The notes beneath the pieces were generated by a model. It ran no database searches. It had not been told where the DNA came from and saw only the letters and a program-made list of their open reading frames with translations. A stretch of DNA of 64,000 nt from Gemmatimonadota bacterium (lineage in GTDB: Bacteria; Gemmatimonadota; Gemmatimonadetes; Palauibacterales; KS3-K002). The stretch's first letter is position 1. The number at the start of each line of letters is the position of its first letter. Shown here in pieces: positions 49,010-62,050 of the stretch. The stretch lies in the NCBI GenBank assembly GCA_039586795.1, contig JBDHJS010000007.1:40903-104902 (forward strand), read 5' to 3'. The position numbers and the translations under genes are program-made.

Positions 49010-50140
49010 ATGCGCAAACCCCTGATCGCCGCAACAGCCCTGGTCCTCACATCCACATCAGCCTTCGCCCAAGACGACCGACCCGCATTCTCAATACCCA
49101 TCATCGATCTAGCAGACGAAACGGACCGGCAGGTCATTGTCGATAGAGAGCCCGGCCAATACCTGGGTCATCCGACCACCGTGCTGCTGGAGGATGGCAG
49201 CACCATGATCGCAGTTTATCCCAAGGGTCACGGACGCGGCGCCATAGTCATGAAGAGTAGCTACGATGGCGGTTCAACGTGGAGCGAGCGCTTGCCGGTC
49301 CCAGAGAACTGGGCGACGTCGCGGGAGGTCCCAACGATCTACCGGGTCATCGACAAGCAAGGCACAAAACGACTTGTCGTATTCTCCGGCCTCTATCCGA
49401 TCCGGTCGGCCGTTTCTGATGACGACGGCCTGACCTGGACACCCCTCGCCCCGATCGGAGACTTTGGCGGTATAGTAGCCATGGCATCCCTCGCACGCCT
49501 GACAAGCGGCGAGTACATGGCTTTCTTTCACGACGACGGGCGCTTCTTGAGAGGCTCCGGGGAGCGGTCTTTGTTTCAAGTATTCAAGACACTGTCAGAA
49601 GACGGCGGTCTCACCTGGAGCGAGCCCTCAGTAGTTGCGGAGCATCCCGAGGCTCACCTTTGCGAGCCTGGACTGGTTCGGTCACCAGATGGAAAGCAGA
49701 TCGCACTCCTCCTCCGCGAGAACAGCCGCAAATTCAACTCGTTTGTCGTGTTCTCCGACGATGACGGAAAGACCTGGTCGACTCCCGTCGAGTTGCCAGG
49801 CGCCCTCACCGGCGACAGACACACGGCCCGCTACGCGCCTGACGGCCGGCTGTTCGTGACCTTCCGCGACATGGCACGTGGAAGCCCGACCTGGGGCGAT
49901 TGGGTCGGCTGGGTCGGCACGTACGAGGACATCGTGGCCGGGCGTGAAGGGCAGTACCGGGTCCGGTTGATGGACAACACGTATAGATCTGACACCGCGT
50001 ACCCGGGACTCGAGCTACTGCCGGATGGCACGTTCGTGACGACAACCTATGGGCACTGGGATGAGGGAGAGGAACCGTATATCGTCAGCGTGAGGTTTCG
50101 GATAGAGGAGCTTGATGTCCGGGCTGAGCAAATGCGTTAA
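49010..50140 (+). CDS. BNR/Asp-box (sialidase-family) exported protein
   Basis: Signal peptide AFA-Q and Asp boxes SYDGGSTW, SDDDGLTW, SEDGGLTW, SDDDGKTW. Confidence 0.85.
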   Translation: MRKPLIAATALVLTSTSAFAQDDRPAFSIPIIDLADETDRQVIVDREPGQYLGHPTTVLLEDGSTMIAVYPKGHGRGAIVMKSSYDGGSTWSERLPVPENWATSREVPTIYRVIDKQGTKRLVVFSGLYPIRSAVSDDDGLTWTPLAPIGDFGGIVAMASLARLTSGEYMAFFHDDGRFLRGSGERSLFQVFKTLSEDGGLTWSEPSVVAEHPEAHLCEPGLVRSPDGKQIALLLRENSRKFNSFVVFSDDDGKTWSTPVELPGALTGDRHTARYAPDGRLFVTFRDMARGSPTWGDWVGWVGTYEDIVAGREGQYRVRLMDNTYRSDTAYPGLELLPDGTFVTTTYGHWDEGEEPYIVSVRFRIEELDVRAEQMR

Positions 50141-50167
50141 TGATCGATCCTCAACACTCAGCCCTGA

Positions 50168-52081
50168 TCATTGCGACTTCTCAACAACATAAGCCTCCAT
50201 AGCATAATACTCCGCCAACCCCAATCGATCCGCCCGCGCCGCCGTATCCAGATTCCGCGCCTCAACACGCTGCCAGAACTCGCGGTCGTCATAACCACCC
50301 GGGAACGGAGCGACATCCTTCTGCGACTGATGCTTGAAGATCGAAAGGATCTTCCTACGGAGTTCCCCTTGTGACAACGGCACGAGGACGTCGGCTGCGG
50401 TCAACGACCATTCCTCCCACGCGCCTCTGTACAGCCACACCTCCGGGCTTGTGGCGTCGTAGCGCTCCAGCGCAGCGTCGATAGCAGCCTTGCACAGCCG
50501 GTGCGTGCCATGTGGATCGGAGAGATCGCCTGCCACGAACAACAAGTCCGGCTTGTGCTCGTTGAGCAGCGCGAGCACGATCTCCACGTCAGCCCTGTCG
50601 ATCGGTCGCTTGCGGACCTCCCCCGTTCGGTAGAAAGGCAGGTTGAGGAAACGAGCCGCCGAGCGTGGCAGACCGACGGCCGCTATCGCAGCAACCGCTT
50701 CCGACTCACGCACAAAACGCTTGAGGTTTTGCACTCGCTCCGAGTCGACGTCACCCGGCCGCTTGCTGTTAAAGCGTTCCTCAATCTCGCGTCGCAACTC
50801 GCGGATCAGTTCCGCGTCCATCCCAAGCGTCGGCGCCGACCGTTCGATGAAATCGAGGTGGCGCCGAACATCGTGATCGAACACCGCAATGTTTCCGCTG
50901 GTCATGTATGCGACGACTATATCGTTATCGTTCTCCCATAGCTTCCTCAGGATTCCGCCCATAGAAATCACGTCATCGTCCGGATGCGGTGAAAAGACGA
51001 TGATCCGCTTACCTGCGAAGAGCTTCGAGCGACCCCTGATTTTGTCCACCAGGCGGTTGAAGACTTCACCGTTTATCTCGCCCGATGCGGCATAGAGGTT
51101 GAGCAGCGGGCTCAAGTAGTTTTCTCGATAATCGCGCGCTGTCAACTTGAGTATCGCCTTGTCAGTTCGTTCGGCCAACCAGACAACGGCCTGCTCCCTC
51201 ATCGGCGGTGACCAATCTACGCTCTCCAGCAGCCACGGTGTCTTTACGCGCGTTAGCTCGCCCGCCGCAGGAAGATCGAGATAGAACGTCGCGCTCGCGT
51301 GCTCCTGCAGGTACGTGGCCGTCACATCCTGCGACACGGGGCTTTCGACGGCGCGCCGTACAACGGGCGCTTTGTGTTCACCGGTCGCGATAATCGCTAT
51401 CTCACGCGCATCCAGGATCGAGGCGATTCCCATGGTTATCGCCTCGAGTGGCACGTTGTCCTCACCAAAGAAGTCGGCAGCTGCGTCCTTGCGCGTGATC
51501 GTATCCAAGGTGATCAATCGTGTTCGTGACTCGGGCGGCGAGCCGGGCTCGTTGAATCCGATGTGTCCACTTCGCCCGATTCCGAGGACCTGCAAGTCGA
51601 TTCCACCCGCTGCTCTGATCGCCTCCTCATAGGCTTGGCAGTGACCAAAGAGATCATCGCGCGGAACACCGCCATCCGGAATGTGAATATTGCGCGGGTC
51701 CAGATTCACGTGAGAGAAGAAGTTCTCCATCATGAAGAGCCGATAGCTGTGTATGCTATACGGCGACATCGGGTAGTACTCGTCCAGATTGAATGTCACG
51801 ACCTTCGAGAAGTCCACCTCGCCGGCCTCGTACTTTCGGATCAGCTCCCGATATACACCGATCGGCGTGCTTCCCGTCGCCAATCCGAGCACACAGCGAT
51901 CCTTCTCCTCGGTTTCACGATCGATGATTTCGACGATCCGCTCCGCGACCAGGACAGCCAGGTCATGGGGATCTTCAACAACAACTGTGTGGATGCGCTC
52001 TCGCTCGCGGGAACTCGAGATCGAGGCGATCGCCCCCGCCGTGGCGGGGTGACTGGGGGCGTGGGTCTCCACTCGCGGCAC
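50168..52081 (-). CDS. nagB: Glucosamine-6-phosphate deaminase fused to a PIG-L deacetylase-like domain
   Basis: LGLATGSTP, FNLDEY and GHIGFNEPG, followed by SPHPDDD and DPHGTH. Confidence 0.9.
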   Translation of the reverse strand: MPRVETHAPSHPATAGAIASISSSRERERIHTVVVEDPHDLAVLVAERIVEIIDRETEEKDRCVLGLATGSTPIGVYRELIRKYEAGEVDFSKVVTFNLDEYYPMSPYSIHSYRLFMMENFFSHVNLDPRNIHIPDGGVPRDDLFGHCQAYEEAIRAAGGIDLQVLGIGRSGHIGFNEPGSPPESRTRLITLDTITRKDAAADFFGEDNVPLEAITMGIASILDAREIAIIATGEHKAPVVRRAVESPVSQDVTATYLQEHASATFYLDLPAAGELTRVKTPWLLESVDWSPPMREQAVVWLAERTDKAILKLTARDYRENYLSPLLNLYAASGEINGEVFNRLVDKIRGRSKLFAGKRIIVFSPHPDDDVISMGGILRKLWENDNDIVVAYMTSGNIAVFDHDVRRHLDFIERSAPTLGMDAELIRELRREIEERFNSKRPGDVDSERVQNLKRFVRESEAVAAIAAVGLPRSAARFLNLPFYRTGEVRKRPIDRADVEIVLALLNEHKPDLLFVAGDLSDPHGTHRLCKAAIDAALERYDATSPEVWLYRGAWEEWSLTAADVLVPLSQGELRRKILSIFKHQSQKDVAPFPGGYDDREFWQRVEARNLDTAARADRLGLAEYYAMEAYVVEKSQ

Positions 52082-52286
52082 CTCTCCGAGTTTGACTGCG
52101 GTCCTGTGGTCGAATTCGACCGGTTTTGGCTCGTGCTCTGAGTCGTTGGGGCGGCTAATGTTACAATATAGCAGCCACCAACAAGACTGTGACCCGGCAG
52201 TGCTCTGATCCCCAAGCGCCGCATGCGACCTCGAAGCCCGGCGTTATATTGACAGCTCCGCTCAGCATGACACGTCTGAACGAGGC

Positions 52287-54149
52287 ATGATCGGCTCAAC
52301 CATGATCGATATTGCAGGCCTGACAGAGGCCATTCGCCGAGTGAGATCGGAGTTCTGGCTTCTGCTCGAGTTCGACGTCTTCTTCACGATTTTGGCGCTC
52401 GTGCTTCTACAGCCCTCGATTGCCGGGCTGACGAGTGTGACGATTTCCTCTACGGGGTACCCAACCGTCAGCAACGAGCAGCTGCTCACGTTTTTCTTCT
52501 CGCCGGTGGGTTTGCTGACCGCACTCGTATCTGGCAGTGGTGTCTTCGCCATTATCTTTGCTCAGCAGGCTGGGGTTCAGATCATCGACATGGCATCCGG
52601 GGACGACCAGCGCGTCACCGGCATGGAAGCGATCTGGCTGGCGGTAAAACAATTCGGTTCCCTGGCTAGACTTGGCGGTACGATGATAATCCTGTCCGCG
52701 CTGGCCGTACTGCCAATCCTCATTGCATTGAGAATGACGTACTCCACCTTGTTGTCCGGGGCCGACATCAACTTCTACCTGGCCGAGAAGCCCCCTGCGT
52801 TCCTGACGGCCGTAGCCGTTGGGTGCCTTCTTGTCGTGACTGCAATCGTGGTCGCTCTGATCCTTCTGGGACGCTGGATGCTCGCCGTACCTGTTGTGCT
52901 ATTCGAGGGAGCGGGCGCGCGGGCCGCCTTGCGCCGCAGCGTCCAGCTTGGAAGCGGTCGTCGTGCGAAGTGGGTAGCCACGATACTGGCATGGACAGCA
53001 CTTCCCGCTCTATTGACGGTCGTCGCTACGATAGTCTTCGGACAGCTCGGTTCGCTCGCGACGAGGATGGTGGGAGACCAGTTGAACACTCTGCTCACTG
53101 CATTAGGATCAATCGCCATCGGTTACCTGATAGTCTTGACACTGATCGGTTACTTGGGCTCCACAATCGGCAGCGTCTACATAAACCTACAGTACAGGAA
53201 TGCAACGCCCGATTGGGTGGCCGGTTCGCATTATGCTCCCAGGCGCGTAGCCCCTGAGCGATCGGCGAAGGCTGTGGCTCGCCTAAGAAAGATCAACACC
53301 ATTGCGTGGTTGGCGGCTATCACCTTGCTGGTCACCTCCGCAGTCACGACAACGCTTGTCGTGCGCGGTCTAGGCATTGCCGAATCGCCGGAAATAACCG
53401 CGCATCGCGGAAGCTCCGCTCGCGCACCCGAGAACACGATCGCAGCTCTCGAAGCGGCCATCGAGGATGGCGCCGACTACGCCGAGATAGACGTTCAGGA
53501 GACCGCGGACGGTATAGTTGTGATGCTTCACGACGCCGACCTCAACAGATTGGCCGGAGTGAACTGGAAGATCTGGGAGACAAACTACGCTGATCTAGCA
53601 TCCCTTGATGTGGGAAGTTGGTTCGCGCCCGAGTTCGCCGGACAGGGTATCGCAACGCTGAAGGATGCAATCGAAGTAGCCCGAGGGAGAATCGGCCTCA
53701 ACATCGAGCTGAAGTACAATGGCCATGACGTTCACCTGGCGGAACGAGTCGTGGACGTTCTACGCGAAACCGACTTTATCGATCAGGTGTTGGTCAGCTC
53801 TCTGGAGCTCAGAGGCTTAAGGGAGGTAGAGTCGCTGAACAACCGCATCGAGACAGGTTTCATTGTCGCCAGCGCCATCGGTAATCTCAATCGAATCAAC
53901 GTTGATTTTTTCGCAGCGAGCACCAGCTTTGCGAGCTCGGGGCGCGTAGCGAGCTGGCAGCGTAATGGCAAAGATGTTCACGTGTGGACGGTCAACAGTC
54001 GCTCCGAGATGTCGAGGTTCATCGAAATGGGCGTCGACAATATCCTGACGGACTATCCCGCCGTGTTGAGGGCAATGCTGGACGAGCGGGAGCAACTGGA
54101 CCGACCAGAGCGGATCCTGATCGCCTTTCGGAACTGGCTGCGGAACTGA
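52287..54149 (+). CDS. Membrane-domain glycerophosphodiester phosphodiesterase
   Basis: Multi-TM N-terminus, AHRG, PENT, EIDVQ, HD, WTVN and TDYP motifs. Confidence 0.9.
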   Translation: MIGSTMIDIAGLTEAIRRVRSEFWLLLEFDVFFTILALVLLQPSIAGLTSVTISSTGYPTVSNEQLLTFFFSPVGLLTALVSGSGVFAIIFAQQAGVQIIDMASGDDQRVTGMEAIWLAVKQFGSLARLGGTMIILSALAVLPILIALRMTYSTLLSGADINFYLAEKPPAFLTAVAVGCLLVVTAIVVALILLGRWMLAVPVVLFEGAGARAALRRSVQLGSGRRAKWVATILAWTALPALLTVVATIVFGQLGSLATRMVGDQLNTLLTALGSIAIGYLIVLTLIGYLGSTIGSVYINLQYRNATPDWVAGSHYAPRRVAPERSAKAVARLRKINTIAWLAAITLLVTSAVTTTLVVRGLGIAESPEITAHRGSSARAPENTIAALEAAIEDGADYAEIDVQETADGIVVMLHDADLNRLAGVNWKIWETNYADLASLDVGSWFAPEFAGQGIATLKDAIEVARGRIGLNIELKYNGHDVHLAERVVDVLRETDFIDQVLVSSLELRGLREVESLNNRIETGFIVASAIGNLNRINVDFFAASTSFASSGRVASWQRNGKDVHVWTVNSRSEMSRFIEMGVDNILTDYPAVLRAMLDEREQLDRPERILIAFRNWLRN

Positions 54150-54157
54150 GACACTAG

Positions 54158-57520
<3,363 letters not shown>

Positions 57521-57530
57521 GAGGTGCACA

Positions 57531-58400
57531 CTGGCTGCTTGCCGATCAACATCTGAACAGACGCGTGGCCAGCATATCGGTCGCGCGCTGCTCACTCTGC
57601 TCTTCGCCGCGCAGGCGTGCGTTGGATCACCTGATGCCCGCGATTCAAGCACGGCCGCCGGAGCCGCGACTGAGGCACCAGTGGCCGCATCGCGAGCCCG
57701 AGAGCCCGGTTCGCTCAGAATCCTCGCGTACAACATTCGCCACGGCGAAGGCATGGATAGCGTGATCAACCTGAAGCGAGTGGCAGAGCTGATCACTGCC
57801 TTGGATCCGGACGTCGTGGCGCTCCAGGAGATTGATAGCGCTGTTGAGAGATCACTTGGCGTACACCAGGCAGGCGTTCTCGGCGAGCTGACCGGTATGC
57901 GTTCTGTTTTTGGTTCCTTCTTCGACTACCAGGGTGGACGCTACGGTATGGCGGTGCTCTCGAAAGACACGATCCTGTCATTCCAGAACCACAGACTCCC
58001 TGACGGTCTAGAGCCACGTACGGCCCTGGCATTGCGCCTTGAGGTCGACGGCGTTGAAATCGTTTTCGTCGGCATTCACCTGTACGCAACTGCTGAGGAA
58101 CGTCTTGCACAGGCAGAGCGTCTAGTGCAGATATTCGAAGGAGAAACCGCGCCGGTGATTCTGGCCGGTGACTTCAACTCCCAGCCGGAATCGGCGGTGA
58201 TCGCGCTGTTGTCCCAACATTGGGATATCCCCGACAAGGGGGACGATCGCTTCACGTTTCGGTCCGACGCGCCCGACCGGGAGATCGACTACGTTATGTA
58301 CCGCCCGGCGGCCCGCGTCGAAGTTATCTCACATTGGGTAATCGACGAACCCGTCGTCTCGGACCATCGGCCAGTAGTCATCGATCTCAAGATCCGCTAG
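57531..58400 (+). CDS. Endonuclease/exonuclease/phosphatase-family lipoprotein (probable CTG start)
   Basis: YNIRHG, VALQEID, AGDFN, IDY and SDHRP motifs. AGGAGGT SD lies 5 nt before an in-frame CTG. Confidence 0.85.
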   Translation: MAACRSTSEQTRGQHIGRALLTLLFAAQACVGSPDARDSSTAAGAATEAPVAASRAREPGSLRILAYNIRHGEGMDSVINLKRVAELITALDPDVVALQEIDSAVERSLGVHQAGVLGELTGMRSVFGSFFDYQGGRYGMAVLSKDTILSFQNHRLPDGLEPRTALALRLEVDGVEIVFVGIHLYATAEERLAQAERLVQIFEGETAPVILAGDFNSQPESAVIALLSQHWDIPDKGDDRFTFRSDAPDREIDYVMYRPAARVEVISHWVIDEPVVSDHRPVVIDLKIR

Positions 58401-58429
58401 AAGGACCTCAACTCTGGAGCCATTACAGA

Positions 58430-59773
58430 ATGACCATTCAGCGACGCGACTTTCTCAAGACAGGAGCAGGTGCGGCCATAGGCGCCTCAATGTTGCCTAC
58501 GCCGTTGTTCGGCGCTCCACGCCGGCCCGGCGATGACAAAGTCCGACTCGGCTTCATAGGGGTGGGCGGCCGCGGAACCTGGCTGCTGCGGCTGGCTCTG
58601 CAACGCGATGATTGTGAAGTCAAATCAGTATGCGACGTCAAGCCGGACAGAGTCCAGCGCGCTCAGGACATGGTTAATGAGCAAACCGGCAAGACGCCTC
58701 GCGGCTTCAGCGACGGCGAGGAGGACTTCCTCAACCTGGTAGAGCGAGATGACATGGACGCGGTGATCATCGCGACACCGTGGCTCTGGCACACACCGAT
58801 GGCCGTCGCTGCGATGAACAATGGGAAACGAGTTGGAGTGGAAGTGCCCGCCGCCGTCACGATTCAGGAATGTTGGGATCTGGTCGATACGTCGGAGCGT
58901 ACCGGGATGTTCTGCATGATCATGGAGAATGTCTGCTTCCGCCGCGACGTAATGACCGTCCTCAACATGGTCCGCAAGGAGATGTTCGGCGAGTTGATGC
59001 ACTGTCAGTGCGGATACCAGCACGATTTGCGGGGCGTGAAGTTCAACCCCGGGGCGGAATTCGGACGGGGAGCGAACGGTGAGGCCGAGTGGCGGACCGA
59101 GCACGCGATCCGCCGAAACGGAGATATCTATCCCACCCATGGCGCAGGGCCGGTTGCCAAGATGCTGAACATCAACTCGGGGAACCGCTTTCTGACGCTG
59201 ACTTCCACCGCCACCAAGACCCGTGGGCTTCACGAGTACATCGTCGCGGTGGGCGGCGAAGACCATCCAAACGCCGACGTCAGATTCATGCTGGGCGACA
59301 TCGTGACCACGGTTATCCAGTGCTCGGGCGGAGAGACAGTCGTCGTGAGTCACGACACGAATCTGCCGCGACCTTACTCGCTCATGTTCCGGGTGCAGGG
59401 GACAAAAGGCTTGTGGATGAACGATGGCCGCACCATCTACATCGAGGGTGTAAGCCCCGAGCCGCACCGCTGGCAACCATTCTCGGATTACCAGGAGAAG
59501 TACGACCATCCACTTTGGCGGCGTTACGAGGACCGGGCGGCGGGTTCCGGCCATGGCGGTATGGACTTCTTTGTAATGAACGCTTTCGTAGAGTCCGTGA
59601 AGCGAAATGTCGATCCACCAATCGACGTGTACGACGCTGCAGCCTGGAGCGCTATCAGCCCCCTTTCCGAGCAATCGATCGCCACAGGGAGCTCGCCTAT
59701 GCGATTCCCTGATTTCACCCGAGGTAAGTGGGTCACTCGAAGAAAGATCTTTGGTCTGAGCGATGAATACTGA
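58430..59773 (+). CDS. GH109 NAD-dependent alpha-N-acetylgalactosaminidase-family protein (Tat)
   Basis: QRRDFLK, ATPWLWH, EVPAA, YPTHG, PRPY, GHGGMD and PDFTRG motifs. Confidence 0.88.
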   Translation: MTIQRRDFLKTGAGAAIGASMLPTPLFGAPRRPGDDKVRLGFIGVGGRGTWLLRLALQRDDCEVKSVCDVKPDRVQRAQDMVNEQTGKTPRGFSDGEEDFLNLVERDDMDAVIIATPWLWHTPMAVAAMNNGKRVGVEVPAAVTIQECWDLVDTSERTGMFCMIMENVCFRRDVMTVLNMVRKEMFGELMHCQCGYQHDLRGVKFNPGAEFGRGANGEAEWRTEHAIRRNGDIYPTHGAGPVAKMLNINSGNRFLTLTSTATKTRGLHEYIVAVGGEDHPNADVRFMLGDIVTTVIQCSGGETVVVSHDTNLPRPYSLMFRVQGTKGLWMNDGRTIYIEGVSPEPHRWQPFSDYQEKYDHPLWRRYEDRAAGSGHGGMDFFVMNAFVESVKRNVDPPIDVYDAAAWSAISPLSEQSIATGSSPMRFPDFTRGKWVTRRKIFGLSDEY

Positions 59774-60683
59774 TAAAATCAATCAACTAACTACATTGAC
59801 GCTGGCGACATTGCTGGCGACCGCGTGCGTCGGCGAACCGGTCCTCGAAAAGAAGGTGCTGGTAATCGGCATCGACGGTGTCCGGCCCGACGTGTTGGCA
59901 CAGCTCGAGACCCCGAACATCGATGCTCTGATCGCCACCGGCTGCTACTCGGACGATATACAGACGGGAGCCCAGACGATCAGTGGACCCGGCTGGTCGA
60001 GCATGTTGATCGGCGCCTGGCCAGACAAACACCAGGTTGTTGATAACGACTTCACGCCGAACAACTATGCCGAATTTCCCGACTTCCTTACGCGCCTCGA
60101 ACGTGCCAATCCGCAGCTTTTGACATTTACGATCGTTGATTGGCCACCGCTGGGAACTGACGCTTCCGGAGGGCCGCTGCTCAGCGGAGAAATCGATTCG
60201 AAGGTCAACGTAAGTGGCGACGAACTGGGCTATCCGCAGGCAGATTCCTTCTCCGTTGGCATGGCCGCCCGAGTTCTGGAGGAGAATGGCCCGGACGCCT
60301 CGTTCGTTTATATCGGCAACCCGGACGTGGCAGCGCATGAGCACGGTGGACAATCCGAGCAGTACTTCGACGCGATTCGCACCGCCGACAGCCAGGTCGG
60401 CCAACTAGTCGCCGGTATCCAAAACCGCGAAGATTATGCGGGAGAGGACTGGCTCATCCTGATCAGCACCGACCACGGCCATAAAGACGAAGGAGGCCAC
60501 GGAGGCACTTCTGCAGAAGAGACAACCGTCTTCTATCTGGCGAGTGGACCTTCGGCCATCAGTGGAAGGTGCGATGTACACGCCAACATCGTCGACGTTG
60601 CCGTTACCGCAATGGCCCACATGGGGGTGACAGCTGACTCGAGCTGGCTTCTGGATGGACGGGTAACGGGACTACGCCGCTAG
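59763..60683 (+). CDS. Alkaline phosphatase/nucleotide pyrophosphatase-family lipoprotein
   Basis: Lipobox ATAC, IGIDGVRPD, SGPGWSS, DVAAH, TDHG and HGG motifs. Confidence 0.85.
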   Translation: MNTDKINQLTTLTLATLLATACVGEPVLEKKVLVIGIDGVRPDVLAQLETPNIDALIATGCYSDDIQTGAQTISGPGWSSMLIGAWPDKHQVVDNDFTPNNYAEFPDFLTRLERANPQLLTFTIVDWPPLGTDASGGPLLSGEIDSKVNVSGDELGYPQADSFSVGMAARVLEENGPDASFVYIGNPDVAAHEHGGQSEQYFDAIRTADSQVGQLVAGIQNREDYAGEDWLILISTDHGHKDEGGHGGTSAEETTVFYLASGPSAISGRCDVHANIVDVAVTAMAHMGVTADSSWLLDGRVTGLRR

Positions 60684-60705
60684 CTCCTGCGGCAGGAGGA
60701 CAACC

Positions 60706-61929
60706 ACGCTCGCGACAACCCCGCACCTGGAGACGCTTCGCAGCGCGTTCGTGGAGAACTACGGCTCTGCCGAGGGGACGAGTCTGGTTGTCGCGCCGGG
60801 ACGAGTGAACCTGATGGGGGACCACATCGACTACAATGGTCTCTCCGTACTCCCAATGGCGCTGCAAAGGCATTTCGCGTTGCTCTATCGAGAGCGTGGG
60901 GACTCGGTCGTTCGGATCGCCAGCACGAACGCTGAGTATACACCTCGCGAGTTCGAGCTCTCCTCCAAGATCAAGCCGAATAAGGACGGGGACTGGGGCA
61001 ATTATGCCAAGGCCGCATGCCAGACAGTGGTTTCTCACTACGGTGCTTCTGCTGGCTTCAACGCGATCGCGCATTCTGATATCCCTGTTGCAGCGGGACT
61101 CAGCTCCTCCTCAGCTCTCGTCGTGGCCAGCGCCCTAGCGGCTCTTCACGCCAGTGATGTATGGACTGAGAAGATGGAGCTTGCGGAGTTGCTCGCAGAA
61201 GGCGAACACTACGTGGGCACGCGAGGCGGCGGCATGGATCAGGCGATCTGCCTGGCAGCGCGCAAGCACTCCGCCAGCCGTATAGACTTCGAGCCGCTGA
61301 GACTTACCGCCCATCCTATCCCTCCCGAGTGGCACATCATTATCGCATTTAGCCTGGTTCGGGCCGAGAAGTCCGGCACAGCAAGATCGGCTTACAACGT
61401 GCGCGAGAAACAGTGTCGAAAAGCGCTGAAGCAGGTCGTCGACGCGCTTGGCTTAGCCGGAAAGGTAGACTCCTATTCAACGCTCATGAGCAAGAAGCGG
61501 CCAAATGAGCTTCTGGCCAGAGCCGGCGACATCCTCGATGATGATACGCTGCTCAGACGGTTCGTCCATGTGATCAGCGAAGGCGAGCGCGTGAATCGAG
61601 CCGAGAAGGCACTGCTCTCGTATGACCTAAGAGCGTTTGGCCACCTGATGAGCGAGTCGCATGAGAGCCTGCGCGATAGCTTCGGCGTGAGCACCCCGGA
61701 ACTGGACGAGCTCGTGAACATCGCGGTTCGCGCAGGGGCGGCTGGCGCCCGTCTCACCGGCGCCGGGCTCGGCGGATGCGTGGTCGCTCTCTGCACGGAA
61801 AAGAAGTCGGCGGGAGTCCTGAAGGCCCTAACGGACCGCTATTACAGAAAGCATGAGTACGACGGAGCGCTCGAAGACCAGCTGTTCGTCGCCGAGCCAT
61901 CTGGGGGGGCCACAGTCACGCCACTCTGA
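60706..61929 (+). CDS. galK: Galactokinase-family GHMP kinase (start ACG 60706 or GTG 60751)
   Basis: APGRVNLMGDHIDY, GLSSSSA, GGMDQ and GARLTGAGLGGC motifs. Confidence 0.88.
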   Translation, partial: TLATTPHLETLRSAFVENYGSAEGTSLVVAPGRVNLMGDHIDYNGLSVLPMALQRHFALLYRERGDSVVRIASTNAEYTPREFELSSKIKPNKDGDWGNYAKAACQTVVSHYGASAGFNAIAHSDIPVAAGLSSSSALVVASALAALHASDVWTEKMELAELLAEGEHYVGTRGGGMDQAICLAARKHSASRIDFEPLRLTAHPIPPEWHIIIAFSLVRAEKSGTARSAYNVREKQCRKALKQVVDALGLAGKVDSYSTLMSKKRPNELLARAGDILDDDTLLRRFVHVISEGERVNRAEKALLSYDLRAFGHLMSESHESLRDSFGVSTPELDELVNIAVRAGAAGARLTGAGLGGCVVALCTEKKSAGVLKALTDRYYRKHEYDGALEDQLFVAEPSGGATVTPL

Positions 61930-62050
61930 CCAAAAAAAACAACTGTCAATGTAAAAACGTAGTGAAAGAAAGACGGTGCAAGTCGTGGCAACCGGCAGCC
62001 CAGGTACGGGCGTCTACATAGATGAGGGGGAAGATCCGGAGCCGTTGACC

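Noticed and set aside
52082..52286. Possible glmS-type ribozyme or riboswitch upstream of nagB
   Set aside because: No recognisable consensus, only short palindromes.
58625..59782. Long antisense ORFs (also 14701-15678, 27409-28323 and 4533-5393)
   Set aside because: Expected shadows of GC-rich coding strands, with no recognisable motifs.
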